Shown here piece after piece: positions 9,149 to 15,357 of a DNA stretch of 15,357 nucleotides. The notes beneath the pieces were generated by a model. That model was given only the letters and a program-made list of their open reading frames with translations, ran no database searches and was not told where the DNA came from. The stretch is taken from contig JBJMMA010000177.1 in the NCBI GenBank assembly GCA_045805065.1, positions 1 to 15,357 of the forward strand. The letters run 5' to 3'. This DNA is from Bdellovibrionia bacterium. Lineage in GTDB: Bacteria > Bdellovibrionota > UBA1018. Made by a program: the position numbers and the translations under genes. Each line of letters begins with the position of its first letter. Positions within the stretch are counted from its first letter, which is position 1.

Positions 9149-9199
9149 AAACAAACAACAGTCTGCCTGGCTAGGCTCGGGCGACTGTTGTTTGCGTTT
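9149..9199 (+). terminator. Stem-loop or probable terminator after the secreted-protein gene
   Basis: CAAACAACAGTC (9152-9163) pairs perfectly with GACTGTTGTTTG (9183-9194) around a GC-rich inner stem. Confidence 0.6.
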
Positions 9200-9244
9200 A
9201 AGAAAGTGCCGTTTTTGTGCGGTTTTTGTCGATTATTACTCATC

Positions 9245-9261
9245 TGTCTAAAGCTTGAACA
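9245..9261. promoter_or_regulatory. Second copy of the TGTC-N9-GACA-like palindrome
   Basis: TGTCTAAAGCTTGAACA is 14/17 identical to 8292-8308. A related TGTC-N8-GACA lies at 9270-9285. Confidence 0.5.
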
Positions 9262-9334
9262 GTCTCTTCTGTCCTGCCTTCGACAACCCAGCGAATCGTT
9301 TGGAGCCCTTCTGTCACCGGGACCTGTAATTGAA

Positions 9335-9350
9335 TGGCATAAATTTTGGA
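9335..9350 (+). promoter_or_regulatory. Sigma54-like promoter with variant -12 box
   Basis: TGGCATAAATTTTGGA has a good -24 box (TGGCA) and GG instead of GC at -12, about 90 bp downstream of the palindrome. Confidence 0.45.
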
Positions 9351-9416
9351 CATAGCGACGTCGGACTGCCGCACTCTGTCCGCAGAGTTGCGCGGTTCAA
9401 AAGAGGTTTTAATTTC

Positions 9417-10025
9417 ATGAATACCGTACGCGTTGTTTTAGCGATCCTTTATAGTGCAGCTTTGATCTTTTCGCTGACCCGCTGTAGTCCCAATGCTTCA
9501 AGCATTGATAAGGCGGTTTTGCGAAGCCTTCATCAGCAAACCGGCATTACAGATACCGGCAGCCGAAACGGCATCAACGTCGATGCAAACGGCTCGCTCA
9601 AACAGCCCACGCTCAAGTATCATTTCGTGAAAGGGAAAGAGCTTCGAAAGCAGAAGGACGTCGCCTCAGATAAGGGCGAAGTTCGCGTTCGGTTAACTTC
9701 CAATGAGAATGGCAATGGAAGCCTGGACGAGTTTTTGGCCAAGGGCGAGGCGGAATTTGCTCTCGACCCATCTTTACGGCTCTATCCTGCTGATGTTTGG
9801 ATTCAGCTCGCTTCTGACGACCTGATTGAACAAGCAGTAAGCGAGCATTGCTCGATCCTGGTCGAACCTTCCCGGGAAGGTTTCTGGCGTATCAGTTTGC
9901 GGGACACGGCTGAGTGCAGAGCCAGGGAAGAGATCCTTGCGCACTCTTCAGAGGTTTTAGTCTCTTTCCGCGCAAAGGATCTCTTTCATCTGGTGGATTC
10001 TGTCTCAGCTTCTGATGCGCCTTAA
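9417..10025 (+). CDS. Exported hypothetical protein, possible lipoprotein
   Basis: ATG 9417 follows AGAGG. The hydrophobic leader MNTVRVVLAILYSAALIFSLTRC ends in Cys (atypical lipobox). Confidence 0.75.
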   Translation: MNTVRVVLAILYSAALIFSLTRCSPNASSIDKAVLRSLHQQTGITDTGSRNGINVDANGSLKQPTLKYHFVKGKELRKQKDVASDKGEVRVRLTSNENGNGSLDEFLAKGEAEFALDPSLRLYPADVWIQLASDDLIEQAVSEHCSILVEPSREGFWRISLRDTAECRAREEILAHSSEVLVSFRAKDLFHLVDSVSASDAP

Positions 10026-10041
10026 AGAGCGCGATTCAGAC

Positions 10042-10230
10042 TCAACCGCGCTGTTCGGCTGGAAGAAAATCTTTGTGAGCCGCAATGAAGCGCTTGAGTG
10101 CCGTGTTGGTCAACTCAGACTTCGTCAGTTTGGAGTGTTTTTCCATCGCAGCGAGCTTCTCGGCGACTTCTTTTTCAACTTCAACTTCAACCTTTGCAGT
10201 TGGGCCGACCATTTTGTAATCGTCACGCAT
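10042..10230 (-). CDS. Small ribbon-helix-helix (CopG/MetJ/Arc-like) protein
   Basis: Alternating beta strand KVEVEVE, helix KEVAEKLAAMEKHS, then TKSELTNTALKRFI (SE-L-x-x-AL pattern). Strong SD AAGGAG. Confidence 0.7.
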   Translation of the reverse strand: MRDDYKMVGPTAKVEVEVEKEVAEKLAAMEKHSKLTKSELTNTALKRFIAAHKDFLPAEQRG

Positions 10231-10263
10231 AAATCATCTCCTTAGTCAGGTTCTCCAATCCTA

Positions 10264-11199
10264 TCATGAGAGAGAACGTCCTCGCAGCAGATCTTTAACA
10301 ACTCCGTACATGACTTGAGGGAGAGCTTCGAGCTCGGGCACTTCTCGCAGTGCGCCATTCCCCTTTTGAGCAAGTTCCCGGCAAAGCTGAAGGCTTGCCC
10401 TCTCCTTACCCATTTTCATCACCACCAGATGGGAGAAGCGCGGCGCAAGATACGCTGGATCTCGGCCTGCCGTATACTTCCCATCGGTTAAAAGAACCGT
10501 GGATGGAGGCCTTCCTTGATGCCCAAGGTCAACCGAACGTGCAAGCTTGAGCGCGGCAATCATTCCATCCTCTAAATGGGTGTACCCTTGCGCAGGGACA
10601 TCTAAGAAGCGCTCAACGAGTTGTTGAAGGGAAATGCGCTCGTTGGGTCGCTTTAGAATCTGCGCGGCATTCTCAAACGCTACAATTCCAACCGGATCAT
10701 CCGGGAACTGGAGCAAAACAACGGCGAGAGCCACGGCAGTCAACGCTAGCTTTTCTCCCGTCATCGAAAGACTCGTATCAACGGTAATAACGAGCGGCTG
10801 TTTCCTTGGAACCCGGTAAGTCATCCAGACATCCGCACCCGTGAGTGGGTAATCACCGACGTTGAGGCCCGCCACACTGGCTATAGCCAGGGGTGAGTTC
10901 TCAAACGTCTCATCGAGCTCAAAATCAGGTTGCTCCGCATCTCCAGGAAGCTCATCCCAGGGAACGTTTCTGGTTTCAGATGGATGAACGACCGAGCCCA
11001 GGATTTCCTGAGCCTTATCAAGAATGGCTTGAGCAGACAGACGCCTTAGATGGCCAATTCGCTGGCTCATCGAAGGACGCGCCTTGAGTTCGTGATACCG
11101 AATCGCAACATCCCATGAGCTTGCGTTACTCAGATCGTCCGGAAGATCATTGATATCCAAGCTCATGGAAGATCCAAAAGCCTCGGGCGGCAAAAACAT
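10264..11199 (-). CDS. von Willebrand factor A (vWA) domain protein, CoxE/ChlD-C-terminus-like; possibly translated only as the C-terminal part of a frameshift fusion
   Basis: Intact MIDAS motif (VDTSLS, GYTH, LLTDG). The reading frame is open upstream of ATG 11199 back to a TGA at about 11322, overlapping the end of the AAA gene. Confidence 0.88.
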   Translation of the reverse strand: MFLPPEAFGSSMSLDINDLPDDLSNASSWDVAIRYHELKARPSMSQRIGHLRRLSAQAILDKAQEILGSVVHPSETRNVPWDELPGDAEQPDFELDETFENSPLAIASVAGLNVGDYPLTGADVWMTYRVPRKQPLVITVDTSLSMTGEKLALTAVALAVVLLQFPDDPVGIVAFENAAQILKRPNERISLQQLVERFLDVPAQGYTHLEDGMIAALKLARSVDLGHQGRPPSTVLLTDGKYTAGRDPAYLAPRFSHLVVMKMGKERASLQLCRELAQKGNGALREVPELEALPQVMYGVVKDLLRGRSLS

Positions 11200-11285
11200 C
11201 GGTGTTGCGCTCTGAAAGCTCTGCTCCCCCGGCGAAAAGATGCTTTTAAACGAGCTCTTCTGAGCTTGCTCTTGAGGTGCCTGGT

Positions 11286-12236
11286 CTATGGCTTTTTTTT
11301 TACGCCTGGCGAGGAAAGCTCATCCAAAACAGAGCGGGCCCATTCTTTGAGGGTGCTTTCAAGCTCAGAGCGGGCTTCGCGAGCCGACTCCGTTTCATGC
11401 TCCATCTCGATACGAGTTGGCAGAGCAAGAATGACAGCTTTCAAGAATGCCTCTTCAAGGCTCATTCCCTGGCGCAAGAAGACAGCACCAATTTCAGCCA
11501 CGCTGAGCGCAGCACGGACCGAAGCACCCCGGCGGATCTTTGAATGTTCACGGGTCATGCGCGCAATGCGAACCGCTGCAAGCGCAAGGGACTTCTCGTC
11601 TGATCCCTTGGGCTCAATCCGCTCGGAAACGATCTGCAGCTCTTCTTCTTCAGTCTGATAGTCGAGAACGACTAGCTCAAAGCGATCTAGAATCGCTTCG
11701 CTCAAATGAGAGGTTGCGACGAATTCTTTTGGATTTTGAGTCGCGATGACCAGAAATCCATCTTTTGCGCGAATCTCGCCCAAACGTGGAACCAAAATCA
11801 TGCGCTCATCAATTGCGGGAAGAAGGATGTTTTGGACACCTTCAGGAAGGCGATTAAGCTCGTTAATGAAAAGAATGCCACCTTCTTGCATGGCCTCAAC
11901 GAGAGGGCCTGGCACGAACGCTTCTTTTCCAAATCCCTTTTTGATGACCGTGGGTGGATCAAACCAGCCCGAAAGTTTTTGTTCGGAGTAGCGGCTATCG
12001 CCGTCGACACGAAAAACCGGAATCCCAAGCTCTTGAGTGACCGCGAGCGCCAGATGCGTTTTGCCGACTCCGACAGGGCCCTCAAGCAAGACGTTACGCT
12101 TGGCTTTCAAGCACGCGCGCACTTGTGAGAGCTCATCGGTTCTACCGAATAAACGTCCCGGACCGCCGTTATTTTTGGCGGCAAGCTTGTTTCCGTTAGC
12201 AGGTTTGGCTGAAGGAGTTTTACCTTTTGAGCTCAT
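11286..12236 (-). CDS. MoxR/CoxD-like AAA+ ATPase (AAA_5 type)
   Basis: LFGRTDEL, Walker A GPVGVGKT, Walker B variant ILFINELNR, IATQNP (sensor I), LSEAILDRF (Arg finger) and GASVRA (sensor II). Confidence 0.92.
   Translation of the reverse strand: MSSKGKTPSAKPANGNKLAAKNNGGPGRLFGRTDELSQVRACLKAKRNVLLEGPVGVGKTHLALAVTQELGIPVFRVDGDSRYSEQKLSGWFDPPTVIKKGFGKEAFVPGPLVEAMQEGGILFINELNRLPEGVQNILLPAIDERMILVPRLGEIRAKDGFLVIATQNPKEFVATSHLSEAILDRFELVVLDYQTEEEELQIVSERIEPKGSDEKSLALAAVRIARMTREHSKIRRGASVRAALSVAEIGAVFLRQGMSLEEAFLKAVILALPTRIEMEHETESAREARSELESTLKEWARSVLDELSSPGVKKKP
11292..11301 (-). other. Slippery site (A9G, containing A_AAA_AAG) joining the AAA+ frame to the vWA frame by a -1 shift
   Basis: The minus strand reads GGC GTA AAA AAA AAG CCA TAG. 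The -1 frame continues GCC ATA GAC CAG ... ACA CCG ATG(11199) with no stop. Confidence 0.65.
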
Positions 12237-12265
12237 TTTAGTTTTAGCTAATGCGTTTCTAAGCC

Positions 12266-13246
12266 TTAGACTCTTGCTGCCGTCTTCTTTTTAGCTTTGG
12301 CTTTAGCTTTAGCCTTCGCTTTAGATACTGCTTTCGCTTGAGCCTTACTCTTTACTGCTTTTACCAAAGCCTTGGCGACCTTTGCCTTTTGCTTCGGCAA
12401 TGTCTTTGCTTTCATTTTAGGCTTAACAGAGTTTGATTCTTTTTTCTCAGATTTTACCGGCAAGCTGGCCTTTTGGCCTCCGGCTTGACGCCTCATAAAC
12501 TCATCATAGATGTAGCTTGCGACGTCCGATGGCTTCGTACCCACTCCAAAGCCAGCATCAAAGCCGCACTCAAGCGCCATAGGGTGCGTCACGCGGGGGC
12601 CACCGCCCACAAAGATAAACTGATCGCGAAGGCCCTTCTTTTCAGCCATCACCATGAGGTCTTTCAGGTCCTTGATGTGAATATTGTGCTGATCGACGAC
12701 TTTAGAGACCAGGATCGCATCGGCCTTTTCTTCAACGGCCATTCTGAGCAAGTCCTCGTTCTGAACCTGCGCGCCCAGGTTTTTAGCGTCGATCCATTGA
12801 TAGCGCTCCAGGCCGTAATCTCCAGCAAAGCCCTTCATGTTAATGATCGCGTCGATTCCCACGGTATGAGCGTCGTATCCCGTGCATGCGCCCAATATCT
12901 TGAGCTTACGTCCGATGTTCTTTGCGATCAGCTCATCAATCTCATCGCGAGAGCGCTTCTTGGAGTCGACCTTGATCACCTTGATCTCGGTAAAATCCAC
13001 GGTGTGCTTCATGTTCCCGTAAATCACAAAAAGCGCAAAGCCATCGCCCGCTTTTTCCATCGTGGCGACTTTGATCTTTTCGAGCCCCATTTTCTGCGCA
13101 AGCTGCACGGCCGCTTCACGAGCCTCCGGAGATGGCTCAACAGGAAGAGTGAACGCGACCTGAATCGTGCCATCGTCCATGATATCGCCGTAAGGGCGAA
13201 GCTTCTTCAGATTAACTACTTTTTCTTTCGAGGTTGCTGTGGACAT
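12266..13246 (-). CDS. kamE: D-lysine/beta-lysine 5,6-aminomutase beta subunit (AdoCbl-binding) with Lys/Ala-rich C-terminal tail
   Basis: N-terminal RPYGDIMDDGTIQVAFTLPV dimerisation domain, cobalamin motif DAHTVG, PLP Lys in NMKG, GLERY, GGPR and GFDAGFG. Confidence 0.95.
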   Translation of the reverse strand: MSTATSKEKVVNLKKLRPYGDIMDDGTIQVAFTLPVEPSPEAREAAVQLAQKMGLEKIKVATMEKAGDGFALFVIYGNMKHTVDFTEIKVIKVDSKKRSRDEIDELIAKNIGRKLKILGACTGYDAHTVGIDAIINMKGFAGDYGLERYQWIDAKNLGAQVQNEDLLRMAVEEKADAILVSKVVDQHNIHIKDLKDLMVMAEKKGLRDQFIFVGGGPRVTHPMALECGFDAGFGVGTKPSDVASYIYDEFMRRQAGGQKASLPVKSEKKESNSVKPKMKAKTLPKQKAKVAKALVKAVKSKAQAKAVSKAKAKAKAKAKKKTAARV

Positions 13247-13265
13247 CGATCAGTTCCCTTAAAAA

Positions 13266-14840
13266 TTATAGAAGCTCAAAGAATGGATTGAGATAGTCGT
13301 TTCCACGCGGGATGACGCCCTCAAGGCCCTTGCCGCCATTTTCAGTACGTTTCACTTCGGCAAACGCTTTTTCTTCGATGGCTTTTGGAAGACCCTTCTT
13401 GTCGATCATCTCAAGATGCTTGAGCGTATCGTCGAGGACTTTCTTGGCCCAGTTCTCGATCATGCCGTTTGGCTTGAAAGTGATCTCGCTTCCAAGCTCC
13501 TTGGCGCCGTTGAAAATATACTTGGCGTTCTTGATGCTCATCCAGCGATCTTGAAGAAGCGGAGTGTGCATGGCTTCGGTAGCCATTCCAAGAAGCTGAA
13601 TGGTCTGACCCGTGAGTACTCCCACGAAATTAAACATCGCATCCATCAAGTGACTGTAGAAAATGTCACCGCACTTAAATCGCGTTGGCGGCATGAACTT
13701 GATCGGGGATTTTGGAAAGATATCGCGAGTCATCTGAGCGCGCGCGATCTCAAGCAAGAACACGTTTGGATGCTCTGGATCCATTTCCTGCGCGTGTCCA
13801 AGTCCCATGAGGTCTTGAGTCATCTTGGCGTTCAGGGCAAAGCGTTCATTGATGAATTGAGAGGCCAGAACTTGATGACCGTTCTCAATCGCATCTGCCG
13901 TCGTCAGATAGTTGTCTTCGCCCGTATGAATGACGATGCGAGAAAGCGCGATGATTCGACGGGAGAAATGCTGGTCGATCAGCGTGCGTTTCATATTGAT
14001 GTCGCGAAAAAGAATTCCGTACATCGCGTCGTTGAGCAAGAAGTCGAGACGCTCCATCGCGCCCAAGGCTGCGATCTCGGGCATACAAAGACCCGAACAG
14101 TAGTTCGTCAGGCGGATATATCGGCCTAAGCGTTTGCTTTCTTCATCAAGCGCCGCACGCATGATGCGGAAGTTTTCTTGAGTTGCGTAAGTGCCGCCAA
14201 AGCCTTCGGTCGTTGCGCCATGGGGAACGAAATCAAGAAGCGATTGCGCTGTACTGCGAATCACAGCAATCGCATCAGCTCCGGCTTGAGCTGCTGCCTT
14301 TGCCTGAATCACGTCATCATAGATGTTGCCGGTAGCAACGATGACGTAAAGGAGCGGGCCATTCTTTCCTTCAGCATCGAAGGGGTCGCGCGTTTCATTT
14401 CTCAAAGCATCGCGACGCTCACGCTGCTCGATCAGGTTTTGAACGGCCTTTTTGCAAAGCTCTTGGGCCATGGCTTTCACTTCGCTCTCGGATGCGCGCG
14501 GAAGCTTGATGAGCTGGATCTTGCGCTTGGCTACTTCTGTCGCAAGCTCCGAGGCAGGCATTTTCTTTTGGATCATGCCGTTGACGAACCAATGAAGAGC
14601 GCCGCGATCAAGCACGCCTTCTTTACGAAGGTCTTCAACGATGATGTTTACTTCCGGAAACCATTGGCCGCCGTGTTGAACAGCGCCCTCGATGCCCAGG
14701 AGGCGAAGTGTTGCTCGCTCGATGGCAACCGTGGTGTGTGCCTGAATCATCTCTTCAACCGGGCGAGAAACGCGTTCAGCGATCTCGCGGCAGCGAGCGA
14801 TGATTTTTGGATCCAAAGACTGGTTTGATAAATGTGCCAT
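13266..14840 (-). CDS. kamD: Lysine 5,6-aminomutase alpha subunit (TIM barrel)
   Basis: HTTVAIERATLRLLGI, YVIVATGNIYDD, AVIRSTAQSLLDFVP, GFGGTYATQENFRIMR, NYCSGLCMPEIA, TGEDNYLTTADA, KFMPPT, EAMHTP and GGKGLEGV. Confidence 0.96.
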   Translation of the reverse strand: MAHLSNQSLDPKIIARCREIAERVSRPVEEMIQAHTTVAIERATLRLLGIEGAVQHGGQWFPEVNIIVEDLRKEGVLDRGALHWFVNGMIQKKMPASELATEVAKRKIQLIKLPRASESEVKAMAQELCKKAVQNLIEQRERRDALRNETRDPFDAEGKNGPLLYVIVATGNIYDDVIQAKAAAQAGADAIAVIRSTAQSLLDFVPHGATTEGFGGTYATQENFRIMRAALDEESKRLGRYIRLTNYCSGLCMPEIAALGAMERLDFLLNDAMYGILFRDINMKRTLIDQHFSRRIIALSRIVIHTGEDNYLTTADAIENGHQVLASQFINERFALNAKMTQDLMGLGHAQEMDPEHPNVFLLEIARAQMTRDIFPKSPIKFMPPTRFKCGDIFYSHLMDAMFNFVGVLTGQTIQLLGMATEAMHTPLLQDRWMSIKNAKYIFNGAKELGSEITFKPNGMIENWAKKVLDDTLKHLEMIDKKGLPKAIEEKAFAEVKRTENGGKGLEGVIPRGNDYLNPFFELL

Positions 14841-14951
14841 GATCGTAACCCCAAACTAATTCGTGAAACTTACTTAGGGGAACATCTTGCGGCTTGCGCC
14901 GTCAAGGTCCTTTCAAGCTTCATCTCATGAGCCTTAATAGCTCAGCTTTGA

Positions 14952-15357
14952 TTAGGAATAGTTTTGCGTGAAAAAGCGCATCAACTCCGGGCTCTCCCGG
15001 AGAAGATCAAGCGATAGTTCCGCATGGCCTTCAGTATAGCCGTTTCCGATGCGAAGATCTACGTCAGCGCCCACGCCTTCAGCACCCAGTGCTGCGCGAG
15101 TAAAGCTTGTGGCCATGCTGAAGAAGTAGACGATCCCTTTGCCTTTGGCGCTCAGAATTGAGGCCATTTCGGTTTCAGGAATATTGGCGACGTTAATGAC
15201 AACGTCTCCCATCTGACCCTTCGTTGCGTTCCAGACTTTATCCATCACCTGCACCGCATTGCGGGCGTCTGCTTGGATCACCTCATCGACAAATGGAAGC
15301 GCGCTGAGCCGCTCGACGGCTTCTTTGGAATAATCAATTGCAACCGTTCTGACGCCA
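14952..15357 (-). CDS. kdd: L-erythro-3,5-diaminohexanoate dehydrogenase, C-terminal part (truncated by window edge)
   Basis: Frame is open to the window edge. NIPETEMASIL, YFFSMATSFTRAALGAEGVG and IGNGYTEGHA match the Kdd C-terminus. Lies upstream of kamDE. Confidence 0.9.
   Translation of the reverse strand, partial: GVRTVAIDYSKEAVERLSALPFVDEVIQADARNAVQVMDKVWNATKGQMGDVVINVANIPETEMASILSAKGKGIVYFFSMATSFTRAALGAEGVGADVDLRIGNGYTEGHAELSLDLLRESPELMRFFTQNYS

Noticed and set aside
9140..9355. 71-aa ORF between the two exported-protein genes
   Set aside because: TTG start with no SD. It overlaps the hairpin, palindromes and promoter, so the region is better explained as regulatory DNA.
10264..12236. 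Mg/Co chelatase ChlI/ChlD assignment for the AAA-vWA pair
   Set aside because: The AAA motifs are MoxR/CoxD-like rather than ChlI-like (no GTGKS..R or LYVDEVNLL), and no chelatase large subunit is present in the window.
12236..12293. The AAA frame is also open in -1 across the kamE stop, starting at a T_AAA_AAG (A5G), and the AAA ATG lacks a clear SD, hinting at a second frameshift (KamE-AAA fusion)
   Set aside because: It is not a proper X_XXY_YYZ heptamer, and the run is too short for slippage. An 18-codon open stretch is easily chance, and an ATG is available at 12236.
14841..14951. Cobalamin or lysine riboswitch upstream of kamD
   Set aside because: Too short for the canonical forms, with no B12-box or L-box conserved elements. 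Kept only as a generic structured spacer.
1..15357. CRISPR array, tRNA/rRNA, transposase, integrase or phage genes
   Set aside because: No regularly spaced repeats, RNA-gene signatures or mobile-element proteins were seen.

Overview
Bacterial chromosomal window of moderate GC. It is probably from a Bdellovibrionota/Oligoflexia-like or related deltaproteobacterial lineage, inferred from the MCP signature and gene content. The + strand carries the end of a lysine/DAP biosynthesis operon (lysA partial, dapA, dapB), etfB-etfA, a methyl-accepting chemotaxis protein, a FadF/EMO-type membrane Fe-S oxidoreductase and two exported hypothetical proteins. Each exported-protein gene is preceded by a sigma54-like -24/-12 promoter and a similar TGTC-N9-GACA-type palindrome. 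The - strand carries a small Cys-containing secreted protein and a lysine-fermentation cluster (kdd partial, kamD, kamE with a Lys/Ala-rich tail). That cluster is followed by a MoxR/CoxD-type AAA+ ATPase, a vWA protein and a small ribbon-helix-helix protein. The most striking signal is at the end of the AAA+ gene, GTA AAA AAA AAG CCA TAG, an A9 run containing the A_AAA_AAG slippery heptamer. The -1 frame from that run reads with no stop into the vWA ORF. One locus could therefore make both a 316-aa AAA+ subunit and a ~657-aa AAA-vWA fusion by programmed frameshifting or transcriptional slippage. A homopolymer sequencing error is the alternative that must be excluded.
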